Origin: Octopus vulgaris
Taxonomy: Eukaryota
DNA: 64,000 nucleotides
NCBI GenBank assembly: GCA_951406725.2
Contig: OX597814.1
Coordinates: 16,368,001-16,432,000 of the forward strand
Direction: 5' to 3'
The notes under the pieces are model-generated. The model worked only from the letters and a program-made list of their open reading frames with translations, ran no database searches and had not been told where the DNA came from. Positions 1 through 14,230 of this stretch are shown here, one piece after another. Each line of letters starts with the position of its first letter. Positions within the stretch are counted from its first letter, which is position 1. The position numbers and the translations under genes were made by a program.

Positions 1-269
1 TATGTATTGTTGCTATTATGTCAACGAATTTTAAGTGGACTTGGTGAACGGAACTGTAAGATGCCCATCGCATATATAAATATATATATATGCGTGTGTA
101 TATGTGTGCGTGACTGTGTGTGTATTTGTATTGTTGCTATTATGTCAAACTGTCGTGTGTCCAAATTTGACCAAATGGGTTTTTTCAATATTTATTTTTA
201 CTTGCAATAGCCGGCTCTTTTGGTCAAATTGTCGTATCTCCTGCTGCTTCTCATACCTAGATATCAAAA

Positions 270-468
270 ATTGTCAAAGTGTAGTGCAACGGTTTTGCTA
301 CGGAATGGTGAAAGGCTGCTTTTTGCAAGACATCAATCTTCTATGGGATTTCCAGTTGACTTAAGAAGTTTCACTGAGATTGAGCCCAACACTCCGATTA
401 CTTCTGGCATCACTTCTACGTTACGCTCTCGTATTCCATAGTCTTACCATTTCCATTTTCAATTCGGA
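270..468 (-). pseudogene. C-terminal relic of an RLE-type (R4/Dong-like) non-LTR retrotransposon ORF
   Basis: Minus-strand manual translation across frameshifts gives SELKMEMVRLW..VEVMPEVIGVLGSI..LEIP*KIDVLQKAA, which matches the ELKxExxRLW..VxPxVIGxLG..LQKAA tail of restriction-like endonuclease LINEs. Confidence 0.65.
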
Positions 469-471
469 GTA

Positions 472-888
472 GTTACTCTTTACTCTTTTACTTGTTTCAG
501 TCATTTGACTGCGGCCATGCTGGAGCACCGCCTTTAATCGAGCAACTCGACCCCGAGACTTATTCTTTTTGTAAGCCCAGTACTTATTCTATCGGTCTCT
601 TTTGCCGAACCGCTAAGTAACGGGGACATAAACACACTAGCATCGGTTGTCAAGCAATGCTAGGGGGACAAACACAGACACACAAACAAACACACATACA
701 TATATATATATATATACATATATACGACAGGCTTCTTTCAGTTTCTGTCTACCAAATCCACTCACAAGGCATTGGTCGGCCCGGGGCTATAGCAGGAGAC
801 ACTTGCCCAAGATGCCACGCAGTGGGACTGAACCCGGAACCATGTGGTTGGTTAGCAAGCTACTTACCACACAGCCACTCCTGCGCCT
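472..888 (-). mobile_element. SINE family A, full length (tRNA head, internal TA/CA microsatellite, CR1-like tail)
   Basis: Reverse complement of the 14231-14649 copy; head ggcgcaggagtggctgtgtggtaag with B-box-like ggttcagtccc; tail ggcggtgctccagcatggccgcagtcaaatgactgaaac(aagagt)n. Confidence 0.92.
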
Positions 889-1106
889 ATATGATGTATT
901 CAACATCTTTACTCACAGCATGCATGACATTTTGGTATGGCTACATCAATGATCTGACAGCATTTGTCTCTCTTATTCAATATGACAATATCCGGTCGAC
1001 GGTGTTCAATTACACGATCCGTCTGAAAATCATAGTCCCTGGGTATCGTTACATTTCCATCTACCTGTTTTTGTGTGTGTGCGTGCGTGCGTGTGTATAT
1101 GGGTGT

Positions 1107-1854
<748 letters not shown>

Positions 1855-2117
1855 ACACACACACACATACTCGTACACACACAAACACACAAACACACAA
1901 ACGCATGCACACATTCGTACACACACATATATATATACACACGCACACACACACACACACATGCACATACAAAAAAATATCGCTTTTCCGTTTTATTATA
2001 CTATCTTATATTTGTGTCCCACATGAAATCGCGTCATAGAATTAAAATTATACGTGCATTTATGTATGCAGATGTACATCTTCGCAGACATGTGTGTCTA
2101 TATGTATATATATATAT

Positions 2118-2208
<91 letters not shown>

Positions 2209-2212
2209 AATA

Positions 2213-2442
2213 AAGGCGGCAAGCAGGCAGACACGTTAGCACACCGGGCGAAATGCGTAGCCGTATTTCGTCTGCCGTTACGTTGTGAGTTCAAATTCCG
2301 CCGAGGTCGACTTTGCCTTTCATCCTTTCGGGGTCTATAAATTAAGTACCAGTTTCGCACTGGGGTCGATGTAATCGACTTAATCCCTTTGTCAGTCCTT
2401 GTTTGTCCTCTCTATGTTTAGCCCCTTGTGGGTAGTAAAGAA

Positions 2443-2444
<2 letters not shown>
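2213..2444 (+). mobile_element. SINE family B (tRNA-like head, central gcctttcatcctttcggggtcgataaa..aagtaccag domain, Meta-SINE-like)
   Basis: Near-identical to 21433-21660 and 57859-58080; B-box gagttcaaattcc. Confidence 0.9.
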
Positions 2445-2474
<30 letters not shown>

Positions 2475-2546
2475 CCGTATATTTGTGTGTGGGTGTGTGT
2501 GTACACAAACGCACACATATATATGATAAGCATACATGCATATGAG

Positions 2547-2579
<33 letters not shown>

Positions 2580-3009
2580 TCCATGGAACACATTTGTAAA
2601 TTATTCTTATTATAGTTATTCCTTAAGTCCGGGCTTCTCGAGAAAAGCTTTCGGATCATGAAGTTACATATTTTCTTATGTTATTCTGTACTTTATAATG
2701 TATTTCGTTTTGTTTTATGCTTCATGTACGTAAATTTCCACGAAGCTTGTTTTATCTCCATTACTTCCTCTGTATCATCTTAATTCGAATTTCTCTGATA
2801 CCCATTTTTGACGGTACGAGTCTTCCTCTGGTCAAGGAATTCAGAGTTTAAGTTTAAATCCTTTTGAGCATTACTATGCTTTTTGTGAGAAAACCAATTT
2901 CTCATCTGCTGTTTCTAAATATATATTTTTCTATAACATTTATCTTTAATTTTCATATTATTTCTTTCATTTAGTTAACTTCTTTCATTTAATTCAGGGG
3001 GAAATACTT

Positions 3010-3308
3010 ATTGTATCAATTTCTATGGCCGAAATGCTAACTGACAGGGACGTAAGCAAAAGAACACCGGTTGTCATACATTGGGTGGGAAGCACATGCA
3101 CAATAAAAGAAAAAACAGATATGCGTAAACACATACTCATAAATACATGCATACATATTTACATATGCATACAAGATACATTTAAACACTTTTCCTCTGA
3201 CAAATTCAATCTCAAAGCATTTGTCGACTCGGGACTATAGTAAAAGACACGTTCCCAAACTGCCGTGTGATTGCGTTTAACACGAAATCGGATGGCTGCA
3301 ACGTGAGA
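3010..3308 (-). mobile_element. Degenerate SINE family A copy
   Basis: Diverged matches to family A motifs (gccgaa..gctaa, gggacgtaa, ctatagtaaaagacac). Confidence 0.65.
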
Positions 3309-3756
3309 ATAAGAAAACGATAACTTAACAAAAGGGAGCTTTAGAAGGCGAAGTAAACACGTTTATTTAAACCACTTTGATGACATGGTACCTCGTTCGA
3401 TCATAAAATGCTGTTTCTGACATTTCCATGTGAATATAGACTGATGGGGTACTAAGATACCGAACGCTAATAAATGAGTAATGTATGCCTAGTCAACCTG
3501 TAATGCCCATTTCAGCACAGGAGGACCAATCCACAGGTCATTTAACAGTATGCACCATCGCTCCATATCATGGATCCACATAAGCAAATAAATAGTAGGA
3601 AATTTTCATATTGGAAACTGGTGTGTTGAAGTATAAAAAATATAGTAAAATCATATCATCTAACTTAAACTTAGATCGAATTAAATTATTTCGAAGGAAC
3701 TAAATTACTAGTGAACAAGACCTGCTGGTAATTATATTCTAGAGAAAGTCAATAAA

Positions 3757-4070
3757 ATCTCTACTATAGCTTGGGGATGAACAAAGCCTTTTGGGTGATT
3801 TGGTAGACAGAAACTGGAAGAAGCACGTCGTGTGTATGTACGTGTGTATGTGTATGTTTGTGTGTCTGTGTTTGTCCACGCACCATCACTTAACAACCGA
3901 TGCTGATGTGTTTACGTCCCCGTAAACCAGCGATTCGGCAAAAGAGACCGAAAGAATAAGCACTAGGCTTACAAAGAATAAGTCCTAAGGTTGATTTGTT
4001 CGACTAAAATCGGTGCTTCTGCATGGCCGCAGTCAAATGAATGAAACAAATAAAAGAATAAAATAATAAA
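3757..4070 (+). mobile_element. 5'-truncated SINE family A copy
   Basis: ctactatagc..tggtagacagaaactggaagaagc..gcatggccgcagtcaaatgaatgaaacaaataaaagaata. Confidence 0.85.
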
Positions 4071-4789
4071 ACAATAACGGAAATCATAGTTTACTAAACT
4101 GCTGGAGAAAAACAGATATTTTACACACCGAATGATAACAGTATTAGAAAACTATATATAAAGATTTTTATAAAAGTTGGTTTCCAAAAGAATAAAGTGT
4201 CGTGAGCATAGCATAAACATGATTTGTTAAGTCCTGATATTTAAAACGGAAAATTAGACGATTAGTTGAAAGGATAGGTAGCACGCCTGGCAAAATGGCT
4301 AGCGGCATTCTGTCCATCATCAATTTATGACTTTAAATTTCGCCTGCATCCTGTTCTGAAATTGTTGACCATGTGCCACAATTTGAGAGGGAAAATATCT
4401 TTGAAGACACTGTCAATACTATACAGGAGAGTAAATATCCTAAACATTAAGGTGCAATACATTTCAGTGTATAATAAAAGTTCAGAGTCCTTCACGATGT
4501 GAGTGGTAACAGATTAGATATTAACATCCAGCCATGTTTGAGCAATTCAGTTTTCTTTTCTTCCAAATTCATTCTGAAACGCCATTCATACGTTCTCGAA
4601 CAAACACAGCGGATTCCTCACTACGGCAGATTAGAAACTGTGCTTAAATGGACAAGTATGTTGCCAACTGCTTTCCTTAAAGTAAATGCACTTGACCAAT
4701 AGAGAATATAGACACACTTTCCACGATAGTCACAAAACTCGCAACACACGTAAGCATACATGCATACATACATATACATGTATAACCAA

Positions 4790-4825
<36 letters not shown>

Positions 4826-5362
4826 CTATATACATATATATTATATACTTAAATATATACTACTTATACACATATTAATATACATGCATATATATGTATA
4901 TATATACATATGCATATACACACACGCGTGCACACACACACACACACACATAAATACACACGCACATATACAGAGGTAGGGTAGCCAATGAAATACATAC
5001 ATTTAGATCATTTTTACAATTTATGCATTTTCTGTCCACTATCATTAGCAATTTCAGTGATTAAACATGTGAGATTTTTGAAATTTTATAGTTTAATGGC
5101 TTTTGTCTATTGATATTTTGTCTAACATTAAATTTCATTGGCATTTTGAAGCGAGTCCTCCTGTTTTTTTCTGTATTTTATATCTCGTTTTAGAGACCGG
5201 ATATGTAATTAATTTTAGCAATTGTCTCATAAACATAACAACCGCAGAGAGAATATCTCTGTAAAAAAATCTGAAATTATTTATTGCGAATCCATTATCA
5301 ATTTGTTTGTATTATTTAGATTAGTAATATATTTAACAAGATATAGTGTTCGTGTTTTTAAA

Positions 5363-5409
<47 letters not shown>

Positions 5410-5560
5410 ACACATACAAATATAAATGCACATTTATATAAGTGTATATATAGTCATCCATTTATTACACACACACAAATACACACATACACACACATAT
5501 ATCAATAAATATATTCAGACATGATCATGCATACGTGCCAATAGCAGATAAAAGTACACA

Positions 5561-5594
<34 letters not shown>

Positions 5595-6082
5595 GTATGT
5601 ATATATATGTATGTATATACATGTATATGAATACATATATATATATACTTATACAACTTATACATACATACACACACACACACATATATATATATATATG
5701 AGCACACAAACTACTTATAAACGCGCATTCGCTCAGAAAGTTCATTAATATATTTTTTAAACTTTATTCATTGGAGACATGGATATGTTCATCATATATA
5801 TCATATAACTCAGACTCATTCCAGTATCTTTCAACCATGCATCTATCGATCTAACAAACAAATAAGACAGTGAAACCTTTGTAACCTCTCGATGCACCCA
5901 AAATTTTGACGATGCATCTTTTCTGTGGAAGACATGAGGCATGTCATCAACAACTGCACCAAAACGTCAGCTAGGTAGTATAGCGCAATGCGTCATGACA
6001 TTATTGCTAAATCAGAAATATGACGTACAACTCTGCTTCTGCGTATGAGCTTATCATGAAGTGTGTATGCACATATATAAGA

Positions 6083-6260
6083 TGGGGTGGTGAAAAGCAT
6101 CTGGTTTGGGTTAAAAGAAAATACAGGAGGAACAATTAAATATGATTTTGTTCAACATATTCACCACTTAGATTCACACAATCATAACAGCGGACCTTCT
6201 CTTTTTCTGAGCCCTGTAAAAAGAACTCGGAAGTTTGGGCCTCCAAGCAGGCCTTTCGCT
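6083..6260 (-). mobile_element. Mariner 3'-end relic
   Basis: Minus strand reads KACLEAQTSEFFLQGSEKEKVRCYDCVNLSGEYVE, a mariner C-terminal motif (F..GI.KL..RW.KCV...GEYVE), followed by a TIR-like end next to TA. Confidence 0.7.
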
Positions 6261-6374
6261 ATAATTTTAATGCCAGTAATTTTTCAGCACACAAACACCA
6301 GCATATATAATGTATGTATGTATGTATGTATGTATGTATGTATGTATGTATGTATGTATGTATGTATGTATGTA

Positions 6375-6405
<31 letters not shown>

Positions 6406-6497
6406 ATGTATGTATGTAGAGACGGACGGATGGATAATGTTATGGATGGATGAATGTATGTATAGGAGAGCAAACAGGATGATATGTACATTTATAT

Positions 6498-6783
6498 ATT
6501 GTTTGTTCCTTCTCGAGCCATACCTGGCTCATAAGGGCCGGTTTCCCGGTTTCCTTGGCTTATAGGTTCCCCACCTGGACAGGACGCCTGTCCGTTGTAG
6601 GGGAGCTGCAAGATGCAGGCGGAAAGAGTGAGAGAAAGTTGTGCTGAAAGAATCAGCATAAGTTCGACATTACCTTCTGCCGGTGTTTCACTCCTAAGCA
6701 CACACATCGCTCGGTCTGAGATTCGAACCCACGATCTCTCGACCGCGAGTCCGCTGCTCTAACCACTAGGCCATGTACCTCCA
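6498..6783 (-). mobile_element. SINE with family C tRNA head and a V-SINE-like body
   Basis: Head ggaggtacatggcctagtggttagagcagcggactcgcggtcg..ggttcgaatct is shared with family C; body acggacaggcgtcctgtccaggtgggg..ggaaaccgg..gagcc..ggctcg resembles the V domain. Confidence 0.75.
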
Positions 6784-6937
6784 AACATTTCTGTATATGA
6801 CTAGCTATTCCAGCATCTATCCATCTGTCTGTATTTCTGTATGTATACATGTATGTATGTATATATGTATGTCTGTCTGTCTGTCTATATGTATTTTTAT
6901 GCCTACCTAGCTACTTTTCTCACTCTCTATCTACCTT

Positions 6938-7006
<69 letters not shown>

Positions 7007-7169
7007 ATATCTATCTATCTATTTATCAGTGTGTGTGTGTTGTGTGTGTTTATAAATATATGTATGTATGTAAGTATGTATGTATAAGTACATTAACTCC
7101 TTTCAAACTAAGATAAAATCTGATATTGATAACTTTAGATGTTCTAAAATGATGCTTGCATTTTCAGAT

Positions 7170-8445
7170 AAGACGAAGTTGCTAATGACCTATAAGATAA
7201 GTTGCTAAATGACTCCATTTCCACCAAATATAACAAGGCTAACATAGACGCATACAATGACATTAATGATGAGGCTAAATTCCTTGCTAAACATAATAAA
7301 ATTGGCGATAGATTCGGGGGCTTTTATAATCTTAAAAGTCTGTAAAACCTAAGTTTCGTAATAAACCTATTTGTCGGTTGTTAAACCCAGCGATGAGTGA
7401 AATCGGGCTTCTTGCTGAAAAAGAATTCTAAGAAACATTAATGATAAAATTAGAGAGGCCAGTAGACTACAACAATGGAATAACATTTTTACTATAATAG
7501 ATTAGTTATTAAGAATAAGCATAAGGCTAGATTTACTTAGTTCGACATGTTCGATTTTCATACCTTCATATCGCAATATGTTGATAGAGACCCTGTAGAC
7601 CTGGACATTATGATTCATGTCTGGAAAACACTACTGTTTAGTAAGTGTTCAGCATGGGTAAAAAAAGTCGGATAATGATGAATCGTTCGATGTATCAATG
7701 GGATCCTATAAAAGTGTTGAGTCTGTGATCTTGTGGGTCTCTTTGTATAAAATGCATTCAGATCTAAGTACCCATTTCACGACGTTGGTGCATACACAGG
7801 CGACAGTTTGTGTATTTCACACGGCTGCGATGGTCACATCCTAGATAAATTTAGGAGACAACTTATTCTACCTTTAGTCAATTAAGCCTTAAAATCACAG
7901 TCGCTTCTAATATGTCTAAACTTAATTGTTGTAGATGTTTCCCTAGACTTGAACACTTCCTCTGATAAATCCTTCGATAAACCTTGCTGGAAACTTCCCT
8001 ACCTACATAAACATGCTTGTCATCAGGCTGTAGTATTTCAACATCTGATAGCTAACGTTAGTAACAGAGTTTCTAACCTCCCTTTCTTTAAAGAAATTTT
8101 CCATAAGGCAGACCCTTACTCCAACAATGTCCTAGCCAATGGTAGCTTTAAAGACAAATGAATATATAACTATTCTAATATTAATAGGAATAATAGCAAT
8201 TGACCTAAAATAGACCTGGGCAAATAAATTTGTTTGCTCCGCCTTACTTTTAACTTAATGGGAAAATTAACATAGGTAAATGATTCCTGTCTCTCCTATA
8301 CAAATATTTTCCAGGAAATCACAGGTACAGGAGAATATTTAACAGACACTCAGTTAAATTATCATATAGCTGCTGCCCGAATATGAAAAGCATCATTACG
8401 CGAGAACAATACTAAATGCCCACTCCCAGGAACCTATCTACTCCG
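7170..8445 (+). pseudogene. Degenerate Penelope-like element reverse transcriptase/linker
   Basis: Frameshifted translation gives CRLLNPA.SEIG, LQQWNN, KTLLFS..AWVKK..FDVSMGSY, IFNRHSVKLSYSCCPNMKSII and KCPLPG, all typical PLE motifs. Confidence 0.8.
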
Positions 8446-8779
8446 GCTTGAACTGCTGTACCATAGAATTTAAGTCACTATCCTTTCAGCCTTATATTTT
8501 TCAGCCAAAGGGGAAATAAGTCTAACCCCCACCCAATCTTCTTCCTTCTTTCTGTTGTCTATTCGTTTTCCGTTTTTTCAAATTTCCACCTTGTATATGT
8601 ATTTCTTTCTCGCCTTTTCTCGCTTTTCTTGTTGTCCAATTTTTAGATTATTATGCCATGTGGGCAGTGCAGGAACATTGTGCTGAGAAACCAGACGTGT
8701 TAAAAATACTGTCTGGCATACTCTCATCGCATGAAACTAATAGTAGCACATGAAAACATATATTGTGTTCTTTAAATAA

Positions 8780-8868
<89 letters not shown>

Positions 8869-10654
8869 CTGTATAAATAGATAGGTAAAAAAATTTCAAA
8901 CGGGTATTTCTTAATGTTTAAAGTTAGAGATACGCGTGAGATATATCTGCGTTTGATATGAAGGTAGATAAACGGTTAGAAACAACAACATATAGATATA
9001 AAGACGATGTTCGAATCTGAATGATGATCGAGATATTATGTCAGAATAAATGTCAGGTTGTGTAGCAATAAAAAGAAAACGGATCTCTTTCTTGAACAAT
9101 AAGAATAGTGTCTTTTTCTTTGTTAGCTTTCAGAATAATAGAAAACATAGATGTAAAAAATATTCATATTCAGGTAGCGGATATTTTTTAAAGAAAAATG
9201 TAACATTGAAATTTCCATAAATGTCGGATCTATCGGGTGAAAGACTGTGCTTGTTTCCTTTGAAGCTGTAGTACAATCAAACACAATAAATACGACTGGT
9301 GCATGCAATCCTATTGTATAGTTCGCATTGATATTACAATCCGCAGCATGGGAGTTAAATCGTTTGAATGAGTTTAAGATATAAAGTTTGAATACGGAAA
9401 GTTTTCCTAGTAGAGCTTACATCAGATTCTGTGCAATTATATTGTAGCTCTTATGATCATAATTTCAATGGCATAATAATAATATGAAATTGGAATAATT
9501 TTACAGAAAGTATACGCCTTTATTATTACATCATTGGAATAAGCTAAAGAAATACAGAAATAATGTAGGTAAAATTAATGGAGAAAAAATAAGCTTATGT
9601 TGTATAACAGCGGTAAAGCTAATGTTTCAATAGGTTTGCCATTTAATTCAAGAATTATTCTGTGTGGCAACTTTTGTCTGTAGACAACAGGTGTTGTTTT
9701 ATTGTTAATCAAATTTAGATATTGTTGTTGATCAAAATATCTCTTGTATAACGAATTTGTAACTTACAATACTGTTATCGCTTACAGGATATCGATTTAT
9801 TGAAAATGTTAAATAGTTAGATGCATATTGTAAGAGCAAATGGGAAGTTATGTTGAAATATATCAGAATTATAAACAAACTTGCTCTCAACCATCGAAAC
9901 CTGGAGTTATAAAGCTACTAATAAATTAGGCTTCTAATAAATTAAATTGGATAACCTAAATCATTATAATATAATACAGTGTGTCTTTGTAAATATAATT
10001 TCTGTGTCACTTATCGATATTTGACAACGTTCGGGATATTTATTTAACTAAACCGAGAAAATAATCTGACATGATTTAATTAAACTATTTGCATTAACAA
10101 ATTAATTATCCTCTCCCGCTACATATCCAGTTGCCTTTCAGCTAAATCAGAGATAAATGTTAACCCAATGAGCATTTAAGAGTGATATACCTATCAATAT
10201 ATCAAATACGGTACCAAAATGCTTCGGTGGAACAACCTTCTGTTTTAACTGCCTCATACTCGCAATATATTGTAGTAAGAAGAATATTAATAACACAATT
10301 TTTTTTAAGGGATTATTAATCACAATCATAGAGCCCAGTATGAGACTGAAACTATACGTGATAGATTTCACCAAGATGAAAACAAGTTCGACCTAGCTGG
10401 GTTCGAATTTAGCTTATAAAGAGCTGAACACATGTAGTAAATTATGAAAGATTTAAGTATTAAGTGTGTATATGTATACATACATGCATCCATATATACA
10501 TAAATACAAACACGCAGCCCATGCACGCACATACAAACACATACATACATGAATACCTACCTACCTACATACATACATATATACATAAATACAAACATAC
10601 ATACATACATACATATATACATACATACACACACACATATATGGCAAATATAGT

Positions 10655-11030
10655 GGAGGCGCAATGGCCCAGTGGTTAGGGCAGCGAACTCGGGGTTGTA
10701 GGATCGCGGTTTCAATTCCCAGACCGGGCGTTGTGAGTGTTTATTGAGCGAAAACACCTAAAACTCCACGAGGCTCCGGCAGGGAAGGTGGTGATCCCTG
10801 CTGTACTCTTTCACCACAACTTTCTCTCACTCTTACTTCCTGTTTCTGTTGTACCTGTATTTCAAAGGGCCGGCCTTGTCACTCTCTGTGTCACGCTGAA
10901 TATTCCCGAGAACTACGTTAAGGGTACACGTGTCTGTGGAGTGCTCAGCCACTTACACGTTAATTTCACGAGCAGGCTGTTCCGTTGATCGGATCAACCG
11001 GAACCCTCGTCGTCGTAACCGACGGAGTGC
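10655..11030 (+). mobile_element. SINE family C, full length
   Basis: tRNA-like head (A-box tggcccagtgg, B-box ggtttcaattcc); near-identical to 55962-56338. Confidence 0.92.
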
Positions 11031-11870
11031 TTCATATCAATATGGCATACTAGATACATCTACCCCAATTAAAGATAAGACATAGTGTCCTTGTAAAGTA
11101 ATGATTATTTTTTGTATACTTGAAAGATCAATACCTCAGTGGACATAAATGTTTCCTCTTGAAAAGCAATCCTCAAATTGTTGAGAATATGTTTTATCTG
11201 GCTTACATTACAATCATATTTAGTATGAAAGAGTAGGAGGGACTTCATCATCTTCTGAAACATCTATCATGTAAAATAGTGTGCTCCTAAATCATATTTG
11301 CTCAAAAATTGTGATGATTAAGGCTGGAAATTCTTCGATCATTAATCTTCATAATAAAGAGTGATCTGTAACTTAAGACCGTCAACCATAAAAAGGAAAG
11401 GCAACTGCCGCAACAAATTAACAATTGTTTAATTATGTAAACATGAAAATAGAGACATTTCTTTCGAAGTATAATACATTATACCGTATTGTTTTTAATA
11501 AGTAAATATTTTATTCTTATTTTTTGTTTGCACTCCAGGCAAAATGGTAAGCGGCATTTTGTCCGTCTTCACGTTAAAATCCCCCGAGATTACCATTGCA
11601 TTTCAACTCCTCCATGCCGATAAATTAAGTATCAATTCAGTCCTGGGATCCATGAAATGTACTTCCCTCTTCTCTCGAACTTAGTGGACTTGTACCAAAA
11701 TTTAAAACCAATATTTAAATAGTTTTCGCATTTAAAAGTTTAACGATTCCTTTATCTCACATGCTTCCATAAAATATTTCAATAATTTTAATCAATGTTA
11801 CGTACAATAATTTAGTAATGTGAACATATCAGATGTTTCACTCTCACTGTTTCACTCTCTCTTCCTCCCT

Positions 11871-11914
<44 letters not shown>

Positions 11915-11916
<2 letters not shown>

Positions 11917-12500
11917 TTAAAAATAAGGATAAAATCTTTATAAGAAATTATCAGTAGTTAATGTGAAAAACCTCGTAAGAGAAAAAATCTGTAAATTTTT
12001 CCACTTTGAAAATATTTATTTATATTATATAGAGGGTACTATTATTCATAGGTTCCGCACGCTAGGAGGCACTTTTGCAGTCAAAACTACTAAAATAAAC
12101 AAATTGTACCGAATGCAAAACTTCAAAGCAAGTCATTTAAAAACAGAATTTAGTTACATATCACCTGTGATTTCGCAATCAATGCATTCTATGCATTCTA
12201 TGCTCTTCAGTGCAACGAACTCAAGACATATAAGAAAAAACACATTACATACCCGACAGCCAACCTTAGAATTATAGAGAGAGAGAGAGAGACAGTAGGG
12301 AATATAATTCCAAAACATAGAGAGAAAAATTCAGTAATTCAGTTTAACAATTTTAGATTAAAATTTCACAATATATATATTAAACAATTCAATAAAGAAA
12401 GATGATATTCACCCCAAATATTCTATAAACGACTATATTTTAAATCAATAAGGTACAATGAATAGTAAACAGTAGTACCTCTTTCTTTATTGAATTAATA
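11915..12500 (-). mobile_element. Non-coding PLE-derived element carrying a hammerhead, abutting (TA)n
   Basis: Contains an HHR at 12153-12216; its left end loosely resembles the left end of the 27237 element; boundaries are approximate. Confidence 0.55.
12153..12216 (-). ncRNA. Type I hammerhead ribozyme
   Basis: Minus strand: gttgca CTGAAGA gca..tgc GAAA tcac-ag-gtga TA tgtaac; stems I, II and III all pair, and stem III is near-palindromic. Confidence 0.8.
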
Positions 12501-12539
12501 GTAGTTTTTCTCAAATTATATACATATACAGCTACATAT

Positions 12540-12660
12540 TGGCCTGCTCGCTTAGCCAGCAGGGTGGCGTCCTTTGAAGGCTAAAACAATGCTAAGCGCA
12601 CTGTGACCAGCGATGTGTAGGAACATCTGGTAGCCTGGTCGGTCACGTGATCACGTGACC
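12540..12660 (+). mobile_element. Probable SINE/LINE 3' tail fragment
   Basis: GC-richer block gctaaaacaatgctaagcgcactgtgacc.. ending in repeated tcacgtga; single copy in the window. Confidence 0.4.
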
Positions 12661-12693
12661 ACATATACATATACATATATATATATGTGCATG

Positions 12694-12747
<54 letters not shown>

Positions 12748-14230
12748 CAGTATGGGCCGCCTGACAACCAATACCCCACCGTCGTCGTCGTCATCATCAT
12801 CATAATCATCATCACCATCATCCTCATCACTACCGTCATCATCATAATTATCATCAATATCATCTCTTTAAGATATCAGGATTTATTTCTATAATCCTGC
12901 ATATTTGTATATGATATTTTCTGCTTAAATTCTTTCTCTAAGGAACGAGCTAGTTCTTATCAATGACACAAAGCTTCTTCTTTAGAATCTGATTGAGAAA
13001 AACAATGTCAATATTAAAGTTGAGAAAGGGCTATAGACTTACAGAATGGTTAGCACGACAGGCAAAATGCTCAGCGGCATATCGAGCGTCTTTCCGATCT
13101 GTGTTCAAATTTCGCCTCGGTTGTCTTTGCTTTCATCCTTCCAGGTTCGATGAAATATAAGTACTAATTGAACACTTGAGTCGATATAATCGACTTAATC
13201 CGCCCCACTCCCACCCACAAACTAATTGGAAACCAATACTGTGCTTGACAAATGTTTTGCATAGTTTTACTGTTCGAACTACGGATTGTACTTCTACTGT
13301 GCGAGTTGGTTGAGTTCTTTTCCTGAAAACCTTAAGCATCTACTTGTTGCTGAGGCATTAACTCACAAATCTATGTTCCGCAATTATAAACTAGAGTCAT
13401 TCTGTGAGAAACGGTTGCCATTTTCGTGATCTACGCATAACTCTACACTAGAAAATGTTATTCTCATCTCTGTAGTTAAAATAATGTTCATTTTTGTTGT
13501 ACAGTGTTATTATTGGTATCAATCTGAATTATGACATATGTATGCATCTATATATATATGTATGCATATATGTAACGGGAAGCTTTATGAAAATAAACAA
13601 AAGACGAAGGCAGGTGGAATACAAACAGAAAGATACACAGAAAAGAAACACGGAGAGAAACAAGAAGACGCTCTAACCACTGAGCCATGCGCCTTCACAT
13701 TTTTGTTGTATAGTGTTATTATTGGTATCAATCTGAATTATGACATATGCATGCATCTATATATATGTATGCATGTATGTATAACATTATTCAGATTTAT
13801 TTCAAGATTTCTTGCCAATAATGATAGAGCTGGTTTCTAAACCAGATCCAAGGTTCCTTCATTGGAATTTCAACATCAACAACAAGGTATCTTTGTTTGC
13901 ATGTATGTATATGTGCAGATTTACGTGTTTTGTTTCGTGTATGTAGCCACATGCATGTAGTTGCATATTTATATGATAAACTTGATGGAGTTGGAGATGG
14001 AGACAAACAACATCTCCACCAATGTAACTGATGGAGATGGTGCTAGTCTGGTTTACATTCTCCCCCCTCCTTTTCACAACCATATACTATTTATCCTGAG
14101 CAACCCCAACCCTACATCCTTTGAGAATGTTCTAACTAGGTATTTCTGTTTCTTTGTGAATCCAGTGAGATAGCTTTCAGACATCCTTAACATGAATAAC
14201 AAGGGGTTTACAGAAAATATGTACGCATGG

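Noticed and set aside
10655-10730. tRNA-like sequences with A and B boxes
   Set aside because: They are SINE heads that continue into SINE bodies, without a complete cloverleaf
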